The position numbers and the translations under genes were made by a program. Under the pieces are notes generated by a model that worked only from the letters and a program-made list of their open reading frames with translations, made no database searches and was not told the DNA's origin. Shown one piece after another: positions 17,836 through 28,533 of a stretch of DNA of 63,245 nucleotides. The stretch covers positions 391 through 63,635 of the forward strand of contig DIQZ01000045.1 in assembly GCA_002424305.1 (NCBI GenBank). Direction: 5' to 3'. The stretch comes from Firmicutes bacterium UBA5449 (GTDB lineage: Bacteria; Bacillota; SHA-98; UBA4971). Each line of letters opens with the position of its first letter. Positions within the stretch are counted from its first letter, which is position 1.

Positions 17836-19089
17836 ATGTTTCGTGAAGTGGAATTGCCTAAGAAGTTGCTAAAGGATCAGGTGCCGTCTGCAGGAGGAGA
17901 GGTAGTAAGAGAGATTAGACAGATGGCCCAAGGTATGGAGAACCTCAGCGTGCTCCATGTCAACTCCACTTGCTATGGGGGCGGCGTGGCTGAATTGCTC
18001 TACACCATTGTTCCGTTAATGCGTGATGCAGGCCTTGACGCTCGCTGGTATGTAATGGACAACATACCTACGGAGTTCTTTGAAGTCACAAAGAAAATTC
18101 ACAATTCTCTACAAGGAGCAAAGACGCCGTTAACTGATGAGGAGTGGCAGCTATACGAAGACGTCAACATGGAACTTGCCAAGAGCTTCCCGCGTGGCCC
18201 TTGGGATGTGGTGGTAATTCATGACCCTCAGCCTCTGGCTGCTCGGACTTTTTTAGAGCGTATTCCTGAAAACCGAAAGCCTGTTGTGGGCAGATGGTTT
18301 TGGCGTTGTCACATTGATCTGTCTACACCTTTCATGGATACGTGGGAAAGAGTTGCATTTTACGTAAATCGGTTCGACGGTGTAATACTTACCAGCCCCG
18401 AGTATGCGCGAGAGGAAATTAAGGCTCCTATTACACAAATAACGCCTTCAATAGACCCAACGAGTTCAAAGAATATGATTATATCTGATGAAGAAGCAAA
18501 AAAGATAATAGCTTCGCTCGGCGTGGATCAGGAAAGGCCTCTTGTGGTACAGGTTTCAAGGTTTGATCCGTGGAAGGATCCGTTTGGCGTGGTAGAAGCC
18601 TATCGCATGCTAAAGGTCAAAAGACCTGACTTACAGTTGGCGATGATAGGTTCCATTGCACATGACGATCCTGAAGGGATTGAGCTGCTTGAGAAGCTGA
18701 AAAAGGCGGCTGAGAACGATCATGATATCCATGTGCTTTCAAATGAGGATGGTGTTGGCGCACCTGAGGTTGCTGTCTTCCAGCAGCTGGCTGATGTGAT
18801 TGTTCAGAAATCCATTCGAGAGGGTTTCGGCCTTACGATAACTGAGGCGATGTGGAAGATGCGGCCTGTTGTAGCAGGCGCAGCCACCGGTTGCAAGCTC
18901 CAGATCACAGACGGCGTGGACGGCCTTATCATAAATAGCACAGAAGAGTGCGCAGAGAGGATTGATGAAATACTGCGAAATCCTGATCTTGCTGCCAGAC
19001 TCGGAAGTAAGGCCCGGGAAACAGTGAGAGAGAAGTTCCTTTCCACTGGGCATGTGGCCAACTATCTCAAGCTTTTTGCCCGGCGTTAG
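17836..19089 (+). CDS. treT: Trehalose synthase / trehalose glycosyltransferring synthase (GT4)
   Basis: HVNSTCYGGGVAELL, KKIHNSLQG, HDPQP, WRCHID, QVSRFDPWKDP, KSIREGFGLTITEAMWK. Confidence 0.88.
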   Translation: MFREVELPKKLLKDQVPSAGGEVVREIRQMAQGMENLSVLHVNSTCYGGGVAELLYTIVPLMRDAGLDARWYVMDNIPTEFFEVTKKIHNSLQGAKTPLTDEEWQLYEDVNMELAKSFPRGPWDVVVIHDPQPLAARTFLERIPENRKPVVGRWFWRCHIDLSTPFMDTWERVAFYVNRFDGVILTSPEYAREEIKAPITQITPSIDPTSSKNMIISDEEAKKIIASLGVDQERPLVVQVSRFDPWKDPFGVVEAYRMLKVKRPDLQLAMIGSIAHDDPEGIELLEKLKKAAENDHDIHVLSNEDGVGAPEVAVFQQLADVIVQKSIREGFGLTITEAMWKMRPVVAGAATGCKLQITDGVDGLIINSTEECAERIDEILRNPDLAARLGSKARETVREKFLSTGHVANYLKLFARR

Positions 19090-19112
19090 TAGGATGCTGT
19101 CCTTTTTTCCGG

Positions 19113-19148
19113 ATTCAACCACCTGCAAGATCGGAGGTGGTTGAATTT
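19113..19148 (+). terminator. Probable intrinsic terminator after treT
   Basis: ATTCAACCACCT-N10-AGGTGGTTGAAT followed by TT. Confidence 0.65.
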
Positions 19149-19186
19149 CGGCCGCTCCAATAACATAACATGGAAAATAACTATTC

Positions 19187-19215
19187 TTGAGTTAAGGGGA
19201 AAGATTTGCTACAAT
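19187..19215 (+). promoter_or_regulatory. SigmaA promoter of guaB
   Basis: TTGAGT -17 bp- TACAAT with extended TG. Confidence 0.65.
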
Positions 19216-19249
19216 TGGAACAACATAAGTCCCAGAAGGAGCTCTTTAA

Positions 19250-20734
<1,485 letters not shown>

Positions 20735-20757
20735 AATAAAGAAAGGGGCGGATATAA

Positions 20758-21585
20758 GTGCTGAAGAGTCGTAATAAATGGTTGGTTCTGGGAGTTGCGT
20801 TGTTGATTCTCGTGACTGTGTCGCAGATAGGAGTTGCTGCTGACGAACCACCAGTTAAGCTCTTTATTAATCCGAACCCGAGTCCTGAATTTGGAGCCGA
20901 CGTGTGGGTTGACAGAGGACAAGGGGCTACATACTACCCCGGTGATTCTATAGATGTCTACTACAGATCGACCAAAGACAGTTATGCCTACATTCTCAAT
21001 ATTGACGCAGCAAACCGTTCCAGGTGGTTACTTCCCAGCCAATGGTTTCCCAGCAACTATGTCAGGGCTAACAGAACGTATGTGCTTCCTAATATGCAGG
21101 TAGAAGCACCTTCCGGCACAGAGTATCTGATAATCTTCTCATCAACAGAACCGCTTTCCTTGCCCTATCTTGAAGAAGCTATCAGATCAGGACAACAGAC
21201 ATCGTTCATTGAAGGTGAAGCCAACCTGATTCTAGGGGCTATCCAGGCTAAGATAAGGATATCGCCTCAACGAAACTGGGTAAGCTCACATACATACTTC
21301 CATGTCGGCGGAGGTTATACGATACCTACTCCTAAACCCCCGGCACCTATTTTGCCACCGGCACCAAGGTATGCTGCGATAAATGTATCGACGAGTCCTT
21401 CCAGGGCAAGGGTATTCCTTGACGGGGTAGAGAAAGGTACATCACCTATTCTAATGAAAGACGTTCCTCTCGGATCACATGAAGTTACAGTAGTGTTGCC
21501 CGGTTACTACACGTATACGCGGAAATTTGAAGTTAACCATGTGCAGACTTATTATGTCAGCACAACACTGAAGCGGATACAATAG
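20758..21585 (+). CDS. Secreted DUF4384 + PEGA domain protein
   Basis: Signal peptide; DUF4384-like segment (WVDRGQGATYYPGDSIDVYYRSTKDSYAYIL...LLP); Pro-rich linker; PEGA-like C-terminus (STSPSRARVFLDG...GTSP...VPLGSHEVTVVLPGY). Confidence 0.7.
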   Translation: MLKSRNKWLVLGVALLILVTVSQIGVAADEPPVKLFINPNPSPEFGADVWVDRGQGATYYPGDSIDVYYRSTKDSYAYILNIDAANRSRWLLPSQWFPSNYVRANRTYVLPNMQVEAPSGTEYLIIFSSTEPLSLPYLEEAIRSGQQTSFIEGEANLILGAIQAKIRISPQRNWVSSHTYFHVGGGYTIPTPKPPAPILPPAPRYAAINVSTSPSRARVFLDGVEKGTSPILMKDVPLGSHEVTVVLPGYYTYTRKFEVNHVQTYYVSTTLKRIQ

Positions 21586-21829
21586 AGAGAAATTTAATCA
21601 GGGAGAAACTTAATACAGTAGAGGTTGAGAGATGAACCCAAGCCCAGGTCTTGTCAGTGTAAACATGGCCTGGGCTATGCTGTTTTTCGCGGCTTCTGAG
21701 GATGCTCAGGCTTAGGATGCTCAGGCTATGGCAGGCATGTTCCGGGGATGGTATAATATTAAGGCACAAGGTGTTCCTGTAGAACGTTAGTATCCGTGCG
21801 AATTCTTGTAAGACTGGTGGGATTGCTCC

Positions 21830-23122
21830 GTGCAAAGTATCTGTATCTCCCATGTAGCTGAACATGTAGGTGAAGAAGTTGAGCTTCAGGGTTGGGTGTA
21901 CAATAAGAGATCCAGCGGGTCTCTTGTTTTCCTTATTGTGAGGGACGGGACAGGATTCATCCAGGGAGTTGTCGCAAAGGGCGAGGTTCCTGATGAGGAT
22001 TTTCAAGCATGCGACGAATTGACTCAAGAATCGTCACTTGTACTTCGCGGGATAATCAAAGCCGACAAGAGAGCCCCCAGTGGTTATGAACTTTCCGTAA
22101 CAGGTGTCGAACCTTTGCACATTGCAGAGGAATATCCAATATCTCTCAAGAAGCATGGGGTTGATTTCCTCATGGATTGGAGGCACCTGTGGCTGCGTAC
22201 TCCTAGACAGGCTGCGATCTTAAGGATAAGACATGAGATCATAGGCGCGATCCGAACATTTCTTGACCAGCGAGAGTTTGTGTTGGTTGACGCGCCCATA
22301 CTGACGCCGTCTGCTTGTGAAGGAACGACTACCTTGTTCTCCACAGATTACTTTGACTCCACTGCATACCTCAGCCAGAGCGGCCAGCTTTACATGGAAG
22401 CTGCTGCTATGGCTTTGGGAAAAGTATACTGCTTTGGTCCTACTTTCCGAGCCGAGAAATCGAAGACGAGAAGACACCTAACAGAGTTTTGGATGGTAGA
22501 GCCTGAGATGGCTTGGGTGGACCTGGAGGGGAACTTAAAACTCCAGGAAGAACTGGTCAGTTACGTAGTCCAAAGAGTGCTGGAACAGAGAAGAGATGAA
22601 CTTGTGACTCTGGAGAGAGATACAGGTAAATTGGAGAATATTAAACCCCCGTTTCCACGAATTTCATATGACGAAGCTGTTGAAATACTTAATAAAAATG
22701 GCGTGGAGTTTGAATGGGGAAACGATTTCGGAGGCGGAGACGAGACTGTCTTAGCCGAGCAATTTGGATTACCGGTATTTGTCCATAGATATCCTACGGA
22801 TATTAAGGCTTTCTATATGAAACCTGACCCGGACAGGCCTGAGGTTTGTCTGTCTGCAGATCTCTTGGCACCCGAGGGTTACGGCGAAATTGTCGGCGGT
22901 GGTCAGAGAATCGATGATCCTGAGCTCCTTGACCTTCGCATACGGGAGCATGATCTTCCCAAAGAGGCATACGTATGGTATACGGACCTCCGCAAATTCG
23001 GTTCTGTGCCGCACTCCGGTTTTGGCCTGGGAATAGAGCGCGCTGTTGCGTGGATATGCGGACTCGATCACATTAGAGAAACAATACCCTTCCCAAGATT
23101 GCTAAATAGAATTTACCCATAA
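21830..23122 (+). CDS. asnS: Asparagine--tRNA ligase
   Basis: OB fold ([24 protein letters not shown]), [58 protein letters not shown]. Confidence 0.96.
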   Translation: MQSICISHVAEHVGEEVELQGWVYNKRSSGSLVFLIVRDGTGFIQGVVAKGEVPDEDFQACDELTQESSLVLRGIIKADKRAPSGYELSVTGVEPLHIAEEYPISLKKHGVDFLMDWRHLWLRTPRQAAILRIRHEIIGAIRTFLDQREFVLVDAPILTPSACEGTTTLFSTDYFDSTAYLSQSGQLYMEAAAMALGKVYCFGPTFRAEKSKTRRHLTEFWMVEPEMAWVDLEGNLKLQEELVSYVVQRVLEQRRDELVTLERDTGKLENIKPPFPRISYDEAVEILNKNGVEFEWGNDFGGGDETVLAEQFGLPVFVHRYPTDIKAFYMKPDPDRPEVCLSADLLAPEGYGEIVGGGQRIDDPELLDLRIREHDLPKEAYVWYTDLRKFGSVPHSGFGLGIERAVAWICGLDHIRETIPFPRLLNRIYP

Positions 23123-23135
23123 AGGAGGGGTTCAC

Positions 23136-24671
23136 GTGCCACATCCTAATCGGACTTGGATAACGACGGTAGCTAAGGCGAATTTAGTGCTCTTAATCCT
23201 GATTGCACTTATTTTGTCTTCAGGGAGCCGAGCTGCGGGTATCCCTGGCTCTGATGTTCCTTATGGAATCGAGCCAAGTAATGACATACAGGTAGGGATT
23301 GGCTATTTCCATCAGGGCAAGCTTGAAGATGCAATTAGGGTTTTTTCGCGTATCATTGAGAATAAACCGGAAGGACCTGAAACAGATGAAGTGTATGCCC
23401 TGCTAGGTTACGCCTATCTGTGCAGGGGATGGAATGCTGAGGCGGAGAAGGCTTATTCCGAAGCCCTTCGGCAAACAAGCGATCCTGCTTTGAGGTTCAG
23501 GGCATTGCTGGCGTTGGGTCAATTGCAACTTGACAATGGTAATCATGACAAGGCTGTTTCCCTGTTTAACGATGCTTTGAGGGCTTCTGTCGGGCAGGAT
23601 AAAGCCATCACTTATACTCTGCTTGGGATCGCGAATTATGAGGCAGGTAAGACTGCACCGGCAAGAGAGATGTTTGACAAAGCGCTCAACATCTTTCCTG
23701 ATGATCCCGTACCTGACTATTACATTCAGCTAATAGAATATGATGTGAAGAAGAAGAGTGTGCTCTTTCCTAAGAAACCTCAGTTAGGGAGGAAGGGAAT
23801 AGCCGGTAAGAAAGCTGATACCAAGACCTCTAATCTTGGCGGCGTAGTTTCTATCAATTCCGGAGCTAAGTATACTCTGACTCCTCATATCAAGCTGACT
23901 CTGGGTACCAAGACTAAGATTCCGCCTGAAGGATTTTTCATCTCTGCAGGAGACGACAGTTTCAGGTGGCATGATTGGCAGTCAACGAATATTGAATGGA
24001 GGCTCCGGGGAGATGAGGATGGAGTTAAGAAGGTTAGCGTGGTCTACTATGCAGAGGACTTTCTCGCAACGTCAATTGCAGAGGCATCCATCGCTTTAGA
24101 TAGGAGACCGCCCTGGGGTTCCTTTGAGATCAACCAGGGAGATAAGTATGCTAACAACGCCTTCGTTAACTTGAATTTCAGCACGTATGACAAGCTGAGT
24201 GGAGTTACAGGGGTCTGTCTAAGTAACGACGGTAGGATATGGACCGACTGGATGACCTACCGAAGTACCCTTCATAACTGGCAATTGACTCCCGGAGACG
24301 GTACGAAAAAGGTGTACGCCCGTGTCCATGACGGTGCAGGGAACATATCACGTGTCTTCAGCGCCACAGTCCAATTGGACACAACCCCTCCTCAGCTCTG
24401 GTTTATTAATGTGAAGCATTTAAATCCCACATCTGTGGAGATTACTTGGATGACTGATGAGGACTGTGATTCAGCTGTGGAGTTTAGGTTGGATGGAGAC
24501 AAGAAACAGACTATCACCATAAGTGACGATAAGTTTACTACGTTTCACGTAATCTATCTCAAAGACCTTACACCATCCACTAAGTACCGATTCAAGGCGC
24601 TTTCGCGAGATCTTGCCGGAAACCTCTCTGCCTCACGGGAATATTCCTTTGTTACCAAGGCCTCTGAGTAA
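23136..24671 (+). CDS. Secreted TPR protein with Ig-like and FN3/purple-acid-phosphatase-N-like domains
   Basis: Signal peptide; several TPR motifs; two related beta-rich blocks (VSINSGAKYT / FEINQGDKYA); C-terminal SVEITWMTDEDCDSAVEF...HVIYLKDLTPSTKYRF. Confidence 0.65.
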   Translation: MPHPNRTWITTVAKANLVLLILIALILSSGSRAAGIPGSDVPYGIEPSNDIQVGIGYFHQGKLEDAIRVFSRIIENKPEGPETDEVYALLGYAYLCRGWNAEAEKAYSEALRQTSDPALRFRALLALGQLQLDNGNHDKAVSLFNDALRASVGQDKAITYTLLGIANYEAGKTAPAREMFDKALNIFPDDPVPDYYIQLIEYDVKKKSVLFPKKPQLGRKGIAGKKADTKTSNLGGVVSINSGAKYTLTPHIKLTLGTKTKIPPEGFFISAGDDSFRWHDWQSTNIEWRLRGDEDGVKKVSVVYYAEDFLATSIAEASIALDRRPPWGSFEINQGDKYANNAFVNLNFSTYDKLSGVTGVCLSNDGRIWTDWMTYRSTLHNWQLTPGDGTKKVYARVHDGAGNISRVFSATVQLDTTPPQLWFINVKHLNPTSVEITWMTDEDCDSAVEFRLDGDKKQTITISDDKFTTFHVIYLKDLTPSTKYRFKALSRDLAGNLSASREYSFVTKASE

Positions 24672-24726
24672 GACCGGGGCAGGCTTGTGCTTTTGCGGCT
24701 ATCAAAGAGAGGGAGCGGGTAGGTAA

Positions 24727-26139
24727 ATGACCACAAGAAGAATAGGCGAGTCATATGATGTGATTATTGTCGGCGCAGGCCCTGCAGGCATCTTTTCCGG
24801 ACTTGAACTGGCACGAGGGAGGAACGGGCGAATTAGCATCGCCATAATTGAGAAAGGCCCTGATATTGATGCCAGGGTATGTCCTTCTACTGAGCAGAGC
24901 TCCGCATGTAGGAGATGCGACCCTTGTAGTGTAGTGTCGGGATGGGGTGGAGCAGGCGCATTCAGCGATGGAAAGCTGACCCTTTCAACTCAGGTAGGTG
25001 GGATGCTGGACATATACGCAGGTGAGGAAAAACTAAGAGAACTCATCAGCTATGTGGACAAGATTTATCTTGATTTCGGTGCTCCTCCGAAGGTGTGGGG
25101 TGAAGACGAAGAAGCCATACATGAGCTGGACCGTAAGGCTATCCTTGCTGAACTTAAACTAATCCCTGCGCCAATCAGACACCTGGGCACCGGTAAAACA
25201 AAACAGATCCTGGAAGGCATGAAGGATGAGCTGAAACAAAGCACTGACATTATCCTCGGTGAAAGCGCAAAGAGAATTCTGGTTGAGGATAGCAAGGTAA
25301 TCGGTGTTGAAACATCGAAAGGCCGTGTAATCAAAGGCTCTTATGTAATTGTGGCGCCGGGCAGAGACGGGGCGGAATGGTTGTCAGAGGAGGCTCGCAG
25401 ACTCGGCTTGTCCATGGCTATTAACCCTGTAGACATCGGTGTCAGGGTTGAGCTTCCGGCTGTAGTCGCAGAGCCCTTAACCAATGTTTCATATGAGTCA
25501 AAACTGATCTATCATTCTCGGTCATTTGATGATAAAGTCAGGACGTTTTGCATGTGTCCGTATGGTGCAGTTGTCACTGAGAGTTCAGACGGGCTTATCA
25601 CAGTGAACGGGCATACCCATTCAGAAAGAAAGACTGAGAACACCAATTTCGCCCTACTGGTGAGTAAGACGTTTACTGAGCCATTCAATGATCCTATTGC
25701 ATACGGAAAATATGTAGCCGGCTTGGCAAACCTTCTGGGCAACGGTGTAATTGTGCAAAGGCTTGGGGACCTGATAAACGGAAGGCGCTCCATTGAAGAG
25801 CGAATCGCGAAAGGAATAGTTGTTCCTACGTTGAAGGATGCGACACCCGGTGACCTCAGTCTGGTCTTTCCGTACAGACACCTTGTGAGTATTATTGAAA
25901 TGCTGAAGGCTTTGGATGCTGTAGCGCCCGGAGTCTACGGTCGTAATACATTGCTCTATGGGGTTGAAGTGAAGTTCTATTCATCAAGGCTTTCCGTCAC
26001 TCGCTCCTTGGAAACCCAGGTTAGAAATCTCTTTACTATCGGAGACGGCGCAGGTGTTACTCGCGGACTAATGCAGGCATCAGCTTCCGGTGTCGTGGCT
26101 GCTCGTGAGATCTTGCGCAGACTTGATATCGGAGAATAA
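24727..26139 (+). CDS. Uncharacterised FAD-dependent oxidoreductase (conserved family)
   Basis: DVIIVGAGPAG, Cys cluster CPS...CRRCDPC, GWGGAGAFSDGKL, RTFCMCPYG, LYGVEVKFYS, GDGAGVTRGL. Confidence 0.85.
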   Translation: MTTRRIGESYDVIIVGAGPAGIFSGLELARGRNGRISIAIIEKGPDIDARVCPSTEQSSACRRCDPCSVVSGWGGAGAFSDGKLTLSTQVGGMLDIYAGEEKLRELISYVDKIYLDFGAPPKVWGEDEEAIHELDRKAILAELKLIPAPIRHLGTGKTKQILEGMKDELKQSTDIILGESAKRILVEDSKVIGVETSKGRVIKGSYVIVAPGRDGAEWLSEEARRLGLSMAINPVDIGVRVELPAVVAEPLTNVSYESKLIYHSRSFDDKVRTFCMCPYGAVVTESSDGLITVNGHTHSERKTENTNFALLVSKTFTEPFNDPIAYGKYVAGLANLLGNGVIVQRLGDLINGRRSIEERIAKGIVVPTLKDATPGDLSLVFPYRHLVSIIEMLKALDAVAPGVYGRNTLLYGVEVKFYSSRLSVTRSLETQVRNLFTIGDGAGVTRGLMQASASGVVAAREILRRLDIGE

Positions 26140-26159
26140 GTTAAAAAAATGGGTTCTGC

Positions 26160-26188
26160 TTGACTTGAGCTTAGGCATATTCTATACT
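26160..26188 (+). promoter_or_regulatory. SigmaA promoter of the leader/ABC exporter operon
   Basis: TTGACT -17 bp- TATACT. Confidence 0.78.
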
Positions 26189-26259
26189 CGAGGTGTAAGA
26201 TTCAAGAGGAAAGTCAACCAAGAAAAGGTATTAGTATGAAGAGAAGGGGGGTCGTTCCA

Positions 26260-26316
26260 ATGATCAGAACCATGATTGGATTTTATGTGGAAACAAGACC
26301 CCGCCCTGATTGCTAG
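26260..26316 (+). CDS. Putative leader peptide MIRTMIGFYVETRPRPDC (an in-frame ATG at 26236 would add MKRRGVVP)
   Basis: AAGGGGG RBS 8 nt upstream of ATG; the 3' codons are complementary to the downstream terminator arm. Confidence 0.6.
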   Translation: MIRTMIGFYVETRPRPDC

Positions 26317-26431
26317 CTAGTAAATAATGTCAGGGTCGTGGGTTAGAAACACCCACGCCCTTTTGACTATGATGGACTGCTTATTGTTTCTGTCATTTCA
26401 GAGAGCCGTGGGAATCCCGCGGCTCTTTCTT
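26296..26431 (+). promoter_or_regulatory. Transcription attenuator with mutually exclusive terminator/antiterminator helices
   Basis: Hairpin GGGTCGTGGGT/ACCCACGCCC+TTTT (26333-26364) and AGAGCCGTGGG/CCCGCGGCTCT+TTCTT (26402-26431). Alternative pairings: 26298-26309 with 26330-26343, and 26352-26375 with 26390-26412. Confidence 0.7.
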
Positions 26432-26473
26432 AATCTCTGTGGGTTTGATGTGAGAAAGTGAGGTTTTATCAAA

Positions 26474-27328
26474 ATGCAGTCCGCACTGGAATGTTGTGAT
26501 GCCAGAAAGGTTTTCTACGTGAAACGAGAGAGAAAGAGTACTTCGATGCTAACTCGTCTCTTTGCTAAAGTTATACCTAAGTATGAGCCGGTAGAAGCAG
26601 TAGACAGACTTACTTTTCACGTGAAGCCCGGGGAGATATTTGGTATCCTCGGTCCTAACGGTTCAGGAAAATCGACTCTGATACGATTGATCTCAACGCT
26701 TCTTCTGCCTGATGCAGGTTGCATTACAGTCTTTGGGCATGATGTAGTCAAGGAGAGGTACCAAGTCAGGAAGCTAATTAACAGGGTTTCAGTGGACGCT
26801 GCCTTTTTTAAGGGGCTCTCAGCTATGGAGAATTTAAGCTATGCAGCAAGGCTCTACGGGCTTGAAGGCGGGGCTTGGCAGACTACGGCTACTGACATTC
26901 TCTGCCGTCTGGGTCTCGAAAGCGACAAGCTTCATGAACCGCTTGAGGATTTATCCAGGGGGATGCAGCAAAAAATCGCTGTGGCCAGGGCTCTTCTCAC
27001 CCGTCCCTTGTTGCTCCTTCTGGATGAGCCTACAACAGGGTTAGACCCTGTGTCCAAAAGAGATGTTCAGGATTTTGTCCTGGAGGAAAGAGAGCGTCGT
27101 GGGACTACGGTAGTCCTTACCACCCATGATATGCAGGAAGCTGATAGACTTTGTGACAGGATTGCTGTTATTGACCATGGCAAGTTTGTGGCCTTGGATA
27201 CGCCTGAGGGACTTAAGTCCCTTATATCAACCAATGGTGAGAGCGTAACCTTGGAAGAAGTCTTCTTTAGCTTGACAGGCAAAACATTGAGGAGCTCAGG
27301 AAGATGCGAAAACGGAAATGCAGTCTAG
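26474..27328 (+). CDS. DrrA-like ABC exporter ATP-binding subunit
   Basis: Walker A GPNGSGKST, signature LSRGMQQK, LLLLDEPTTGLD, H-loop TTHDMQEADRLCDR. Confidence 0.92.
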   Translation: MQSALECCDARKVFYVKRERKSTSMLTRLFAKVIPKYEPVEAVDRLTFHVKPGEIFGILGPNGSGKSTLIRLISTLLLPDAGCITVFGHDVVKERYQVRKLINRVSVDAAFFKGLSAMENLSYAARLYGLEGGAWQTTATDILCRLGLESDKLHEPLEDLSRGMQQKIAVARALLTRPLLLLLDEPTTGLDPVSKRDVQDFVLEERERRGTTVVLTTHDMQEADRLCDRIAVIDHGKFVALDTPEGLKSLISTNGESVTLEEVFFSLTGKTLRSSGRCENGNAV

Positions 27329-27357
27329 ATTGCGTATATCCTAATCGGTAGGGAGAG

Positions 27358-28173
27358 ATGGCACCTATGCTGGACTTTAATAGGGAGCTCCGAAGGAGCT
27401 ATGCTTTGGTCGAGCGAAATTTCAATCTGATAAAGAGGTACCTCGGCTGGGAAGTTGTGTTCATGGTTTATACAGTGGTCAATACTTTGACAATAGCGTT
27501 TATCGGTCTATCGCCTGACGGGTCAGGACAAGATAGAGTCCTTTATCTGGTGGTTGGGGCTTTGCTTTGGGGATTCTTGTCTGTTCTTTTCCACGAAGTT
27601 GCTGAATCTGTGCAGTGGGAGCGGTGGGAAGGGACAATTGAATACTCTTTTATGGCGCCTATGAGAAGATTTACATATCTTGGCGGAGTATGCTTATTCG
27701 CTGCCGCTTATGGGGCCATAAGGACAGTCATAGTTATGTGCGCGGTAGTAGGCATTTTTGATCTTGATCTCGGCTCTGCGAACCTTCTTGCCGGGCTTAT
27801 TGTACTTCTTCTGTCGAGCCTGTCATTTATCGGGGTAGGACTCATGGCTGCGACACTTCCTCTAATGTCCCCTGAGAAGGGGTCGCAAGCAGCGCACATA
27901 TTGGAGGCTGCGATTTTATTGGTCTCAGGTGTATATTACGATGTAAGTGTATTGCCTGTATGGATGCAAAGGCTATCCAAAATATCACCTGCTACCTATA
28001 CATTGAGGGCAGCACGGGCAGCGCTTCTGGACGGGGCGTCCCTCTTTGACATAAGAAGTGATTTGCTGGTGCTCTTGGCTACCGGAGCGATTTTGATTCC
28101 ACTGGGATTACTGGTTTTCAACCAGGGTGAGCTCTACGCCATGCGCACGGGAAAGCTGAAGCGGAGTGGGTAA
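27358..28173 (+). CDS. ABC-2 type exporter permease
   Basis: Six TM segments, WERWEGTIEYSFMAP, VSGVYYDVSVLPVWMQ...SPATY. Confidence 0.9.
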   Translation: MAPMLDFNRELRRSYALVERNFNLIKRYLGWEVVFMVYTVVNTLTIAFIGLSPDGSGQDRVLYLVVGALLWGFLSVLFHEVAESVQWERWEGTIEYSFMAPMRRFTYLGGVCLFAAAYGAIRTVIVMCAVVGIFDLDLGSANLLAGLIVLLLSSLSFIGVGLMAATLPLMSPEKGSQAAHILEAAILLVSGVYYDVSVLPVWMQRLSKISPATYTLRAARAALLDGASLFDIRSDLLVLLATGAILIPLGLLVFNQGELYAMRTGKLKRSG

Positions 28174-28215
28174 CATTGTGCCAAGATTCATCTGTTGGGT
28201 ATCCTGTTAAATCAA

Positions 28216-28244
28216 TTGCTGGGGTATAGTGTTTGTGCTATAAT
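28216..28244 (+). promoter_or_regulatory. SigmaA promoter of the rpmE operon
   Basis: TTGCTG -17 bp- TATAAT with extended TG. Confidence 0.7.
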
Positions 28245-28301
28245 ACTTAATTGGCGAGGTTGTGGTTATTAACTGCATAGACTCGCAGGGAGGTGGACTT
28301 A

Positions 28302-28505
28302 TTGAAGAAGGGAATACATCCTGAATACTCTATGACTACTGTTACATGTGCGTGTGGGGAGAAGTTCGAGGTTGGCTCGACTCGTAAGGACTTGAGGGTA
28401 GAGATCTGTTCAAAGTGCCACCCTATGTTCACCGGCAAACAGAGAATAGTAGATACAGGTGGCCGGGTGGAGCGTTTCATGAAGAGGCACAAGCTCAACA
28501 AGTAG
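28302..28505 (+). CDS. rpmE: 50S ribosomal protein L31 (Zn-binding type)
   Basis: [35 protein letters not shown] start 8 nt after GGGAGG. Confidence 0.97.
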   Translation: MKKGIHPEYSMTTVTCACGEKFEVGSTRKDLRVEICSKCHPMFTGKQRIVDTGGRVERFMKRHKLNK

Positions 28506-28533
28506 TCTTAATCTGGTACGGGGGGCGTGCGGC

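Noticed and set aside
21586-21829. T-box leader before asnS
   Set aside because: No T-box consensus (GGTGGNACCGCG) or terminator; the promoter lies close to the start codon.
26369-26461. Second uORF MMDCLLFLSFQRAVGIPRLFLNLCGFDVRK in the exporter leader
   Set aside because: No RBS; best explained as a by-product of the RNA helices.
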